Source: Takakia lepidozioides | Taxonomy: Eukaryota; Plantae; Bryophyta | Length of the DNA stretch: 64,000 nucleotides | Assembly (NCBI GenBank): GCA_030704615.1 | Contig: CM060731.1 | Location: forward strand, 24,490,001-24,554,000 | Reading direction: 5' to 3' | Shown: in pieces, positions 37,296-49,275 of the stretch | Numbering within the stretch: the first letter of the stretch is position 1 | How the letters are laid out: each line of letters opens with the position of its first letter | Position numbers and translations under genes: made by a program | The notes under the pieces: generated by a model | Databases searched by the model: none | Seen by the model: the letters and a program-made list of their open reading frames with translations, nothing else | Told to the model about the DNA's origin: nothing

Positions 37296-38080
37296 GCGTT
37301 GCCACAGGGGGGCGCAATGGTGTTGTGGTCAGCTTAGTTCCACACAAGGACGTCGCTTGGGGCGCCTGGCGGTGGGGGGGTACAACAACGGCGACGATAC
37401 TGGGGCTGGGGCTGGGTACTAAGGCTGTGGAGGTTGCAACTCCCCGGCGTCACAAGAGAGACCCCCTTAGAACTTGAAGGAACTCTTTTTATGTATACAT
37501 ATATATATGTAGATTGCTTTTGTGATACATAGATGTAGCGTAGGTGTGTTGGTTAGTTTGTAGTGTCTTAGAAATATTATAACGTGGACGTCTTAGGTTC
37601 AAGTATGCGTTGCATGATATATGTAGAACAATGAACATATCGCCATTAGACAGAACCGGAGTCAATGGTCAACAAGTTTTTGAAATTCAAATTTTCCCGC
37701 CTAAATTCAATTGTACCCCCTTAAATTGTGACGTCCGGGCGTCGCACTTTACGACCCCCGGACGGTGCTAATTCTGCATTGCAGAATAGGTTTTTATTTT
37801 TTATTTTCGCAAATTTGCGACTTTTTTTTTGCGACGGGCTTGCAACGCTCGGGCATCGCAAATTTGGTTTTTCTCCCTATCTGAAAAGGGCTGTTTTACG
37901 ACGCCGCGGCGTCGAGAACCCCCCCGTTTTCCTGTAGTGTGTGGGTCTGTCAAAGAGGCAGCCACCATGTTGGTGTGTGATCGATGCTCAAGAGGTTAGC
38001 ATATGGGATGCTTGACACCACCTCTTGAGAGGGTTCCTGATGGAGATTGGTTATGTCCACACTGCTTGGGATAGTGGCAG
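37296..38080 (+). repeat. Inverted duplicate of about 39006-39807 (half of the CACTA element plus flanking PHD-coding DNA)
   Basis: Near-identical reverse complement, including the CACTA end TTTTCCTGTAGTG at 37927-37939. Confidence 0.9.
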
Positions 38081-38081
38081 T

Positions 38082-38751
38082 TGTCGTGCGCATACATATC
38101 GCTACACAACTACATCGCTGTCCAAAACCCCACAACACATGTGCACACCAAACACTAGTCTACCACTAGTGCAGCCACTAGTCCACCACTAGGCTGCCAC
38201 TGGCCACAACTATTGCAGCCACTAGTCCATCACAATGATAAAGAAAAGAAAGATACAAGCACACAAGCTCTCTCAAACTCACACACTTGCACATGAAAAC
38301 ATCACTAATATATTAAGTTGAGCCAAGTGCACCCCACGCCATGGGGAATCCACACTACGGCGCCATAGCTAGACGCGGTGAGGCTCAACTCGAGAAAGAT
38401 GAGCCCACCGCGATCTGTCGTGAAGATAACAACGCCAGGTGCCCAAACATGTATTGGCCCCTAGATTGACACTTGGGTCAATCCCAAATGTCAATATATA
38501 AAAGCTAGCTATTTCCTAGCTAACTTCACACTAGTGGTAAAATAACTTGACAGCTGTCGTATGCATACATATCGCTACACAACTACATCGTTGTCCAAAA
38601 CCACACAACACATGTGCACACCAAACACTAGTCTATCACTAGTCCACCACTAGTGCATCACTAGTGCAGCCACTAGTCCACCACTAGGCTGCCACTGGCC
38701 ACCACTAGTGCAGCCACTAGTCCATCACTAGGCTGCCACCAGTCCATCACA
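38082..38751 (-). repeat. Direct repeats (about 38082-38234 and 38553-38751), probable LTR sequence of the minus-strand gypsy copy
   Basis: Both read TGTGATGGACT...ACGACA on the minus strand. The right-hand one is preceded by a G-rich PPT-like tract downstream of the PHD stop. Confidence 0.5.
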
Positions 38752-39005
38752 ATCACCCCCCTAGCTGGCGCTTAGGTCCCTCTAAGTCCAGGTAGCCACA
38801 AGATGTGATAGTGGCCATAGCCTCACAAAGTCCTTCACCACTGTCCCTACTACACTCAAACTCGATAGATCAAGAGGTCGGGTACAAGAGTTGCCCCATC
38901 GTTAGTCGCCGTCTTGCAACCTGTGAACTTGAGCCTGAGATCTGGAGTATTGACTCCTATGAGCTTGGCCTCCCATGTCTTGTTAGCTGCCACTAGTCAT
39001 ATCCA

Positions 39006-40843
39006 CTGCCACTATCCCAAGCAGTGTGGACATAACCAATCTCCATCAGGAACCCTCTCAAGAGGTGGTGTCAAGCATCCCATATGCTAACCTCTTGAGC
39101 ATCGATCACACACCAACATGGTGGCTGCCTCTTTGACAGACCCACACACTACAGGAAAACGGGGGGGTTCTCGACGCCGCGGCGTCGTAAAACAGCCCTT
39201 TTCAGACAGGGAGAAAAACCAAATTTGCGACGCCCGAGCGTCGCAAGCCCGTCGCAAAAAAAAAGTCGCAAATTTGCGAAAATAAAAAATAAAAACCTAT
39301 TCTTCAATGCAGAATTAGCACCGTCCGGGGGTCGCAAAGTGCGACGCCCGGACGTCACAATTTAAGGGGGTACAATTGAATTTAGGCCGGAAAATTTGAA
39401 TTTGAAATTTGAATTTCAAAAACTTGTTGACCATTGACTCCGGTTTTGTCTAATGGCGATATGTTCATTGTTCTACATATATCATGCAACGCATACTTGA
39501 ACCTAAGACGTCCACGTTATAATATTTCTAAGACACTACAAACTAACCAACACACCTACGCTACATCTATGTATCACAAAAGCAATCTAAATATATATAT
39601 GTATACATAAAAAGAGTTCCTTCAAGTTCTTTCTAAGGGGGTCTCTCTTGTGACGCCGGGGAGTTGCAACCTCCACAGCCTTAGTACCCAGCCCCAGCCC
39701 CAGTATCGTCGCCGTTGTTGTACCCCCCCACCGCCAGGCGCCCCAAGCGACGTCATTGTGTGGAACTAAGCTGACCACAACACCATTGCGCCCCCCTGTG
39801 GCAACGCCGTTGCAACCCCCTGTCGTCACAACATTGGGCGTCCCAGCGCGGGGCGCCCCCAGTGACGCTTTTGTGAAGTTGAAGGCCGCAAAGTCCAAAA
39901 AAAAAAAAAAAAAACTCCCACTATGGTGATGTTGTTGCGACGTCCTGGGGCGCCCTTAGTGACGCTTTTGCGACGCCGAGGCGTCGCAACGTCTAAAATA
40001 TATATATATATATATTGGATTTCCGATGCCGGGGCGTCGCAAGAAAAAAATCCGTCGCAGCGAGGGCCCTCTTTCCCCTTTCATGCCACCTTACGACGAC
40101 TGGGCGTCGTAATGGTATCGCAGCGGGGGATTGCGACGTCGGGACGTCGCAAAAAAAAACGTCGCAGGCTCAGCGTCGCGCGGGACGTGGGGGCGCGGCT
40201 GGCGTCGCAACCCCCCCCCCCCCCCCATTTGTTGTAGTGACAGAGCATGCACCTCAAACCTGCAGATACCACTGCCAAGTTTGGGTCAACTCTGCCATCA
40301 ACATTGGGAAGGTGACATAGCGCACAATTACGCACATCGTCCTTCCAAGTTATGCCATCTTGACCCTCCAAGATCAGGACCCCTGAGGGCAACACCTCTT
40401 GAACCCTCAGAATAACACTCCCTGCAGTCATATCCAGGGTCGTAAGAGCAGTCTGCTGCAAATAAACATAGTCACCAGGGCTAAACCTCCGAACCCCAGG
40501 ACGATATCCTCCACCACATATAGTGACATACCTCAACGTATCACGGTGTTGTGCAATGGAAAGGTTCTCAAAAGCCATGGGCATGACTTTCTTGAACTAC
40601 TCTGCACACTGATCACATGCACGTACCCACATGTCCGGATCGTCAAGGTTAAGGACTTGAGTAGTGTCCCTGCGAATGGCTGCAGGCAAATCTGGCTCTC
40701 GGCCAAAGAAAATAAGATATGGTGAGAAGGGGGCAAGTGATGCTTGCTTGCTGAACCGGTAGCCCATGGCTAACCAAGGTACCTGAAGATCCCAATCTCC
40801 TAGGTGTCCCTTCTGCAAGCCATACTTACGCAAACCCACCTTC
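39006..40843 (-). pseudogene. Integrase C-terminus and PHD finger of a second DNMT-gypsy-family copy, split by a CACTA insertion
   Basis: GLRKYGLQKGHLGDWDLQVPWLAMGY..GLRCMLC | GSVKEAATMLVCDRC..CLTPPLERVPDGDWLCPHC. Confidence 0.88.
39147..40239. mobile_element. Non-autonomous CACTA (En/Spm) element, ~1.1 kb
   Basis: Ends CACTACAGGAAA and TTTGTTGTAGTG, 3-bp TSD ACA on both sides, many subterminal GCGACGCC/GGCGTCGC repeats, no transposase. Confidence 0.92.
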
Positions 40844-41479
40844 ATGAAGCTCAGACGACGACTGTGCATATTCTGTTATTCCTTCCAGATATGCAGCCGT
40901 CCATTTTAATTACTTTTCTTGTGGGCCCAGTGGTCAGAGTATCCCTAGGAGCAATGTCGGCAGCTGTTAAACCGTTAATCAGAACCTCATCAATAAACAC
41001 AATAACAAGCCGACTTCTTGGAAAGCATGCCACAGGATCTGAGGGTGGGATTGCATATTAAGTAAATGCATCTTTATACTACTACCAATGATCATGCGCA
41101 CCTGGAAAGTTCAAAATGTGAAACGAACGTGGGGTTGGCTAACAAGGATGAACGTGTATGATATCCCAAAATTTGTCATCAAACTCTCGTTCATTTACAT
41201 ATATTTGTCTAAGACTGTGCGCCAAGATTTCTGGGATTCGCTGTTATTTTAAATATTGAAACCGTTCTAATAAGAACACGCCGTTTATTTTGGGCGACAC
41301 ACGTCAGACATCGATAACTTTATTGAATACGAACAGTTGTACACTAATTGTTGGCATGTGCACTAATAAGGGAATGACTATGTGTAACGGTCACGCGAGA
41401 GGGAATCCGATGCTTCTAAAGACAAGCAACAACGCACGCAATCCCGCAAGAAATCAGGAGTCACTTCGTTTTTCTACTT

Positions 41480-42015
41480 TTCGCATTTAGAGGGAGAGTG
41501 GTAGTCAAGCTGGAGAGGGTTCCTTCTACAATACGAAAGAGAAGAAAGTCTCTTTATTTTACTTCCCTTAGAGAGAGACGCAGAGCAAGAGAGCAAATGA
41601 CGAGGCGTCGTTTGTTGGAGAACACAGGGCCAAGGCAGTAGGTGAACGCGGAGACCGATTCACAAGAGCAGACCGAGACTGAGGCAGCGGCTGTGACACA
41701 GTCGGCGATAACAGTGCGTGTTGGAAACCAGCCTATGGATGCAGAGATGACTCGCAGGGAAACTGAAGGAGGTGGAAGTACGAGGAACGCTGAACCGGGA
41801 GAAGGTCCAGAAACCCTAGAGCAGACATAAATTCCAGCAGATGTGAGAGGGAAGAAGAAAGCTGCATAAGGGGATCCAATTTCAAAACCTAAGAAGGTGC
41901 CAGTAAGTTTTCTCTAACTTACATTTCATTGTTGAAGATCTGCGTAGAGATTGAGTGGAATGTCCCAGAAAGGGATTGTCGCTACCGACCATCACCATGA
42001 AACAACGGTGATTTG
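41480..42015 (+). pseudogene. Probable 5' region of a third ParB-MTase gene (element C)
   Basis: TAGTCAAGCTGGAGAG and TDSQEQTE resemble the 5' region of the element B gene (about 23940-24150, minus). The gene resumes after the gypsy insertion at about 47930. Confidence 0.45.
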
Positions 42016-42138
42016 TGTTAGAGGACTGTAGGGGACTTAGACACTTATACGGGATCTGTAGGGTACCCTTAATTTTTGCACAGACTGAGACCAACAGGAG
42101 CCTTAGGGGTGACAGCAGCGCACTGTAGAGGGGGGTTA

Positions 42139-42360
42139 CACAGTCGTCACAGCCGACACAGCCCGTCACAGTCGTCACAGCCCACACAGCCAACACAGCC
42201 CGTCACAGTCGTCACAGCAGACACAGCCCACACAGCCCGTCACAGTCGTCACAGCAGACACAGCCCACACAGCCAGTCACAGCCCGTCACAGCAGACACA
42301 GCCAGTCACAGCCCGACACAGCCAAACACAGCCAGTCACCGCTTGACACAGCTGTCACGA
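42139..42360 (+). repeat. CACAGCC/GTCACAG short-period array within the presumed LTR
   Basis: Direct observation; a variant array lies at 62778-63012. Confidence 0.9.
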
Positions 42361-42877
42361 TAATAGGGAACGAAGAGTAGGACAGGGAACGACTGTGGGG
42401 AACAACACCTGTGAAGGGAACATGTTAGTTCACAGACGACGGTTAGAGAGGGAAACAGTTAGAACCGCGGATAGGAGGATAAAGGGAGAAACGGGGAATG
42501 GAGGAGATCATTATTCGGAGGAGGACTTCTTAGTCAGGTGGGAGCGGAGATCAAAGGAAAAAGCTGGAGAGCACGGTGAAGGAGGAAAGAGGATTAGTAG
42601 ATGCTTGTTATATGCAAAGCGGTAGTGATATTGTAGAGCAGATTAGAGACATAATGGCTTCGGCCTGATACCTGATAAATCATAATCTGATACTTACACG
42701 ATACAATCACACGGTGTAGAGAGATCTGAGTGAAGCTGTGGATTGAATGGATGAGTGAAGAAAACCGATAGATTGATGAAGCAAACTAATACTTAATTAT
42801 CAATGGTAAGGTAGCTAAGATGACTGCGAAAAGGGAAACAAATAGGAAACACCCCCATGATACACTAGCTGTAGGTC

Positions 42878-43573
42878 ATGACTGATTGTTCTGCGCGGGC
42901 TGAGTACTTAGAGATTTCCAACTCTTCTATCTTGGAGTTTCCGCCTCGGATAGCGAAGGGATGGGTGAGTAAAAGCCGCGCGACATTTGGCGACCATACT
43001 GGGGACCTGGGACATGAACAACCAGATGTGACAGGCATCTGGTGGGATCATGGTGGTTGGACCATTAAAGAATTTGAAGTGAATCAAATTCCCTGTGGAA
43101 CGAAGGAAGAAAGATTGTCCAAACGATTCTTTCAAAGGTTCTTGGAATTGCCAGACGGATGTAAAGAAAATATTCTTAAACGAGTGCATGATGCTGATCC
43201 AGAATGGGGTCTGGAGAAAGGAGTGATAAAGATTTATCAGGTAGCCTGTAGAGGAAGAGCACGTTGGTTACCAACATTGGTTTATGTGATAGCGTTGCTA
43301 TCCATTAAACGAGTAGAGTTTGAAGGCTGGGAAGAAAGAAAGGTGAATGTTTATACTCATATGCATGAAGAGCTTGTACTGGTAAAGAATTGGGTTCCAA
43401 AGGATATTTTGTGGATCAAACTCACACCAAGAACAGCTTTTCAGACTTGTTTGCCATATGGTTATATGGTAACGGAGACTTCAAGTATAGCCAAGGGTGC
43501 ATTGAAGCTTGAAAGAAACCCAGGCATATACGAGAGATATTACAAAAGAGAGTTTTGGTTATTGCCACATTAA
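42878..43573 (+). CDS. Extra 231-aa ORF of unknown function upstream of gag
   Basis: ATG-initiated open frame with a homologous, frameshifted copy at 63602-64000. Confidence 0.65.
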   Translation: MTDCSARAEYLEISNSSILEFPPRIAKGWVSKSRATFGDHTGDLGHEQPDVTGIWWDHGGWTIKEFEVNQIPCGTKEERLSKRFFQRFLELPDGCKENILKRVHDADPEWGLEKGVIKIYQVACRGRARWLPTLVYVIALLSIKRVEFEGWEERKVNVYTHMHEELVLVKNWVPKDILWIKLTPRTAFQTCLPYGYMVTETSSIAKGALKLERNPGIYERYYKREFWLLPH

Positions 43574-43594
43574 AAGAAATGAAAGACATGGGAC

Positions 43595-45544
43595 ATGAGT
43601 GATGAAAGAAAAGCTAGACGACAGAGATATTCATCAAAAAGAGAAAGCTATCTGAAAGCTAATTATCCATATCTTTGGGAGAGAGGAATAGACATAGGGG
43701 AATCATCTGGACCTCTCACACCATCAAGATCAAAAAGTGCATCACCTATACCGGAAGAATTAGAGTTGGATGCCACTCCTTCTGTTTCTTTGCAAGAAAG
43801 ATTAAGGGAATTGGTACAGGAAGAAGATCAATCACGAGGTGAAAGATCTGAGGTACATCCTTGGATAAAAGACTTGACAGAAATCTTTGATAAGAGTTGG
43901 CATGGAACACCAAAAACAGGAACTCCAGTTTCTGAAGCAGAAGATGAAGAAGGAGAAGAGGATGTGGCAGAGCCAACGGAGAGTTCAGACTCTCCAACAC
44001 CATTACAGTTGAGTTACATGAGTGAAGAAGAAACCCAAGGGCAGAACTTGGAGGATGAAAACAGAGAGAAGAAATTAGAAGAGGAAGAATATGAAGAAGT
44101 AGACCCAACAGCTGAGGTTGAGACTACAACCAGGACATCCCAACCCGTTGGACCTGGATCAAGTGGAGCACTTGGATCACAGGCCAACGAAGGTGTCGGC
44201 TCAGGGGGATCAGGCGGGCTGCCTGGATCTGGCTCTGGGGGGACAGGGAGTGTGGGAAGTAGTGCAACTGAAGCTGGGAATACTGTGAATATCGTGGGAC
44301 CAGAAGCAAGGAGTGCTCAAGGGCCACCACTTGGTGGAAGATCCACCACAAAAACAACAGGTCCAGAAGGACCAGCACCAGCAAGGGTGCCAGCACCTGT
44401 CAGTGGGCAGAAGGTAGGGCCACAGATGGCGTTACAACCAACACGGGCAAAACCACCCTTTCCAATATATTCAGGAAAAGGGGATCCCGATGTACACATT
44501 AGCCAATTTGAGCACATGTGTATAGTGAACAATGAGAATGGCGATGATGCCAAGATGAGACTGTTTCCTTGTTCACTTATCAAGAAAGCAAGTGAATGGT
44601 ATGCAAGATTCCCTGATAATCATTTCCTAACCTGGAATGGCTTGAATACAGCATTTCGAAATAGGTTCAGGACAAGTAAAACTGAGGATGAAGTGTATGG
44701 AAGTTTACAACAGCTGAAGCAGAAGAAGCATGAAACTGTTGAAGAGTATATGGAGAAGATGGAATTGATGATGAAAAAGCTGGCTGCAGTACCAGCGCCC
44801 GGTTTACAGAAGACTTGGTTTGTGAGTGGATTAAGACCAGAGTTGCAAAAGAAAGTGGATATGTTACCCCATAATACAGTGGAGGAGGCATTTGAAACTG
44901 CGAACAGAATTGAGCAATTGGGAATGCTCAGGAGAGAGAAAAAAGAAGATGAGGACTCTGAGGATGAGTCAGATGAAGAAGAAGAGCAAGAACTAAAAAG
45001 AAAGAGTAAGAGAAAGGAGAAGTTGAAGAGGGATAACTATGAAAAAAAATTGGAAGAAATCTTGAAGAAGTATGCCACAGAGGCTGCAACACATTGGAGG
45101 AAGGGTGTATGGTGTGCCAAGTGCCAGAATGAAGGCCATACCACCACAGAATGCCACATGAAGGAGAAACACTGTACTATCTGTAAAATGGATAACCATT
45201 CTACTGAGAATTGTTATTATAACAGAAGGACAGCTGCAAGAGAACCTAGGCAAGTAAGGGTGCATCAGGTGCAGCCCCAGCCAAGAAGAAATAATGATCA
45301 GGACCACTATGGTAGGTCTGGTGGTTATAACAATGGCATGGAAGGGAGAGGTAATTCAAGAGGGAATTACCAAGGAAATTCCAGAGGCAACTATCAGGGT
45401 AATCCAAGGGGAATTACCAGCCCGGGAATCAGGATTATAGAAATAATCCAAGAACAGACCAAGGGCGAGGACCCAATGGTGAAGAGCTATGTTACTATTG
45501 TAATCAGCCAGGACATCGCAAGGCAGCCTGTTCATTCTGGATAA
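43595..45544 (+). CDS. gag (retrotransposon gag domain plus two CCHC knuckles)
   Basis: YSGKGDPDVHI..LFPCSL..ASEWY..LKQKKHETVEEY; CAKCQNEGHTTTEC; CTICKMDNHSTENC. Confidence 0.9.
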   Translation: MSDERKARRQRYSSKRESYLKANYPYLWERGIDIGESSGPLTPSRSKSASPIPEELELDATPSVSLQERLRELVQEEDQSRGERSEVHPWIKDLTEIFDKSWHGTPKTGTPVSEAEDEEGEEDVAEPTESSDSPTPLQLSYMSEEETQGQNLEDENREKKLEEEEYEEVDPTAEVETTTRTSQPVGPGSSGALGSQANEGVGSGGSGGLPGSGSGGTGSVGSSATEAGNTVNIVGPEARSAQGPPLGGRSTTKTTGPEGPAPARVPAPVSGQKVGPQMALQPTRAKPPFPIYSGKGDPDVHISQFEHMCIVNNENGDDAKMRLFPCSLIKKASEWYARFPDNHFLTWNGLNTAFRNRFRTSKTEDEVYGSLQQLKQKKHETVEEYMEKMELMMKKLAAVPAPGLQKTWFVSGLRPELQKKVDMLPHNTVEEAFETANRIEQLGMLRREKKEDEDSEDESDEEEEQELKRKSKRKEKLKRDNYEKKLEEILKKYATEAATHWRKGVWCAKCQNEGHTTTECHMKEKHCTICKMDNHSTENCYYNRRTAAREPRQVRVHQVQPQPRRNNDQDHYGRSGGYNNGMEGRGNSRGNYQGNSRGNYQGNPRGITSPGIRIIEIIQEQTKGEDPMVKSYVTIVISQDIARQPVHSG

Positions 45545-45558
45545 GACACCAGAATGAG

Positions 45559-47925
45559 ATGAGAGCTCCTGTGAATGAGGGCCCAGTGGTGGCAGCTCAC
45601 ATGGTTAGGCCATGTGTTGTACCAGAAGTAAGTACAATGATAGTAACAAGAAGTAAAGCCAAACTAATACCTCCAGTAGAAGAGGAAGAAGATGAGAATG
45701 GAAGTGGCAATGATATGCCTGAAGATGAAGAGACTTGGAAAGATGAGAAGGAACTGCACAAGGAAGTGGCAGATACTATAAGGGAAATGCAAAAGAGTAC
45801 TGATATTCCTGTGGCAGATTCCTCTGATTCGGATGGAGAAAAAGAAGGGAGTGAGGAAGAAAGGAAAAAAAAAGATGCAGACATGCAAAGTAATGAAGAG
45901 ACTTTGGCTGCAGTAATATGTCAGACCAAAGCAGAAATTACCATTGGACAGCTATTAGCTGTGGCACCTTATTGTAGGCACAGCCTGTATCAGGCAATCA
46001 ATCGAATTGCCCAAGAGACAGGAAACACAGACCTGAACAGCAAGGTGACCAGTTATAATGTGAAGCCGGAAGGGCGAGAACCAGTCATGGACTTTGATGA
46101 TTCTATGCCAGTAATCCAATTGAGAATTGGAAGCACAGAACTAACGGATGTACTGATAGATGGTCCAAGTACATGACAGACCAATTAAGGAAGAAGCTTG
46201 GTCTAAGTAACATGAAACCAGCCCCATTTACAGTAACAATGGCAGATCAAAGAAGTGTACAGCCATTGGGATTAATAAGAGGAGTTAAGATACAGATACA
46301 GAAAATGATCTTTATGATCACAATAACTGTATTAAAAATGGATGAAGTCATGGAGGCTTACTCCTTATTATTGGGACGTCCATGGCTGAAACAGGCCAGG
46401 GTATTCCATGACTGGAATTCTCAGTTACTAACTGTGCATAATGGGATGCACGAGATACAAATTACCACAAAGAAATCTAGTAGATTACCTGCTACAAGAA
46501 GACCTCGAGGAGTCAGAGAGTATGACTGGAGAGGAGGACTGGATGAGGAGCAGGAAGCTACCCTATTTGCTGCACACCCAGAGTGGGAGCAGGTTGCGGA
46601 GATGCGGCTGGAAAGCCTAAGTTGTTTAAGAGGTATCTGCTGTGGTGTAGTGTCGGCAACACCAATTGAAGAGGAAACCAGCAGTTACCCACCACATTTC
46701 TATGAAGAAAAGGAGGGAGAGATAGAAATCCTAGAAGAACCAGCCACTGTGAGCTTAAAGGATGAAGTGGTGACTGGTTGGACAATCACAGCTGATGAGC
46801 AGGTGAGAGAAGTAAATGTGGGAACTTAGGAGGAACCGAGAATGGTGAAAGTAGGAGTTGATTTGGAGCCCGAATTCTTCGAAGAAGCTAAAAGCTTGTT
46901 CATCAAATACAGAGATGTATTTGCTTGGAGCTATGAGGATCTAAAAGGGATACCACCTGAAGTCTGTCAGCATAAGATTGAACTGGAACCAGGGTCAGTA
47001 CCAATCAAGCAGGCGAGGTATAGAATGAATCCCAACTACGCACAGAAGGTTGGAGAAGAGATAAAGAAGTTGGCTGAGGCTAAGTTTATATACCCAATAG
47101 AGTATACAACTTGGTTGTCACCCATTGTTATAGTTCCAAAGAAGAATGGCAAGCTAAGAGTATGTGTGAACTATAAGAAGCTGAATGCTTGTACGAAGAA
47201 AGATCCTTTCCCTTTGCCATTCACAGAAGCAGTATTAGACACTGTGGCAGGCCATGAGATGTACTCATTCATGGATGGCTTCAGTGGTTATAATCAAGTG
47301 CAAGTGGCAGAAGAAGACCAAGGGAAAACAGCTTTCATCACAGACTGGGGGGCTTATGCATACAAAGTCATGCCCTTTGGACTTTGTAATGCACCAGCGA
47401 CCTTTCAGAGAGTGATAAGTGAATCTTTTCATGAGTATCTGGATGATTTCATGCAGGTGTTTTTGGATGATTTCAGTGTGTACAGCTCTAAGAATGAGCA
47501 CTTGCATAAATTGGAGTTATGCCTGGCCAGATGCAGGATGAGAGGTCTGGGCTTGAATCCAGAGAAGTGTACTTTCTGTGTGAACTCAGGGGTGCTTCTG
47601 GGACACATTGTGTGTAAGAAGGGACTTCTTGTGGATCCCAGGAAGACAGATTCCATTAAAGTCTCTCCACCACCAGTGAATGTTAAGAGTTTAAGGAGAT
47701 TCCTTGGGCAAACCAGTTATTACAGAAGATTTGTCAAAAGGTATGCACAAATAGCAGCACCATTGAGCAAGCTTCTGAAGAAAGATGCAGTGTTTGCCTG
47801 GACAGCTGAATGTCAACAGGGGTTTGAGGAACTTACACTGTCAGTAACAACTACACCTCTGATATATCTGGTGAACAAACCTTTGATAAGTGGAAGGATA
47901 GCGAGGTGGTTAATAATCTTGCATG
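45559..47925 (+). pseudogene. pol fragments: protease, RT, truncated RNase H
   Basis: DVLIDG..YSLLLGRPWL; KKNGKLRVCVNYKKLN..MDGFSGYNQ..MPFGLCNAPATFQR..FLDDF; GRIARW. Confidence 0.92.
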
Positions 47926-47929
47926 AGCA

Positions 47930-49238
47930 TTTCCTTCCTTTCTTGTGCATTAAGTATGCCAGAATTAAGGATTATTTGAGCAATGATTGGGCATTCATAA
48001 ACATCATGTGAAAGACAAAGACAAGCATGTTGATGTGGAGGCAATGGTTTTGGATCCTGGAAACGACATCGCTAGGCTTCTTACAGCTATGCACGACGTG
48101 AACAAGTAAGTCATCCTAGAGACTTCATTCCCTCTGTAGTGTCTTGCTCATCCCAAAAAAACAGTGTTAAGGAATGCAATGTTTCCAATGTTTTTGCAAA
48201 TCAACAGAGAAATCGCATGTGACAACAAGCTTGGTCCACACACTATTCCGAATTCAGAGGATTGGTCTGATGAAGCTGGATGATTTTCGGACAGTACTCC
48301 CCCCCAATATAATCAAGAAGTGCAAAACAGGAAGAGCTGCAGGCACTTGGTATTCTTTGACTCGAGAGGCGTTTCTGGAGTACATGTATGCGGTAAGCCC
48401 GAGTCTGTACTCAGTTTACTTTTCGAATACATGTTTGTAGTTCCTTCGGTGCTAATCACTATTTGAATCAATGCAACAAGAACTGGCAGAGGCAGCTGAG
48501 AAGGGAAAATCCGAATATTACCGCACTACACCAGAGGAACTAAGGACATCAAAAGGTGTGGAAGCAGCAATAAAGAACGAGTTTGAAATGCGAAGAACCA
48601 AATTGATGTCCGCCTTCGGAAAGCAGCTTAGAATAGTAGATCCTGGACTTGGTTCTGAGTTCCTTGAGCAGATCAAATCTCACTATGACAAGCATGTGCA
48701 TCCGGAGATGCAGCAGGAAAAATTGCACCGGCTGGTCATATCCATGGTCGACCCACAAACAAAAATAAGGTGGCTGGAGATATGGAACTCAGATCAGACA
48801 GTAAAAGACTTGAATCAGTTCCCAAAGAGCACCATACAGCCTTGCACAAAGGTGGAAGGAATCAGTGATTTGGTGTTTGATAACTGGCTCCACAAGGCTA
48901 CATTTTGGAGTCAGGTGTGTATTCAAATAAGCCGTTTTCTTTTCTTCAATTATGTGATGAGTATCTTATTTGCAATACTGATAAATATACAATTTGCAGC
49001 TCGAAAAGCGCGCCGTCATTGTGCTGGATCAGACTTTGAAGGACTTGAACATTTCGATTGTTTCCCCTCCCCAAATGTCATTGGAGGCATACATAAGGAA
49101 GTGAAGAGGTCTCACCTGGAGATACAGTTTTTTACGGGAGTTCTCCAAAGATGGTAACATTTTACGGTCCAACGACTTTGACAGTCAGGTTGGAGGAGAG
49201 TGGGCCATGATGCGAGTTGTGTACAGGTGCAATATCAT
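47930..49238 (+). pseudogene. Middle exons of a third ParB-MTase gene (element C)
   Basis: AMVLDPGNDIARLLTAMHDVNK; HVTTSLVHTLFRIQ..WYSLTREAFLEYMYA; KQLRIVDPGLGSEFL..QEKLHRL..WLEIWN..WLHKATFW. Colinear with element B exons. Confidence 0.85.
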
Positions 49239-49275
49239 GGGGGCTGCTATTTCATGAGCCGTGAGCCGTGAGCAG
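49239..49275 (+). mobile_element. TIR of another member of the MULE family (element D), inserted into the element C gene
   Basis: GGGGGCTGCTATTTCATGAGC is identical to the reverse complement of element A's right TIR, followed by CGTGAGC repeats. Confidence 0.85.

Larger units (their letters stand above)
42016..47925 (+). mobile_element. Athila/Tat-like (non-chromovirus) Ty3/gypsy retrotransposon, 3'-truncated
   Basis: Starts TGTTAGAGG; homologous to 62658-64000; contains an extra ORF, gag, protease, RT and a deleted RNase H. Confidence 0.88.

Noticed and set aside
40850-41300. Possible transposase 5' region of element C on the minus strand
   Set aside because: The position fits, but I could not find convincing protein motifs.
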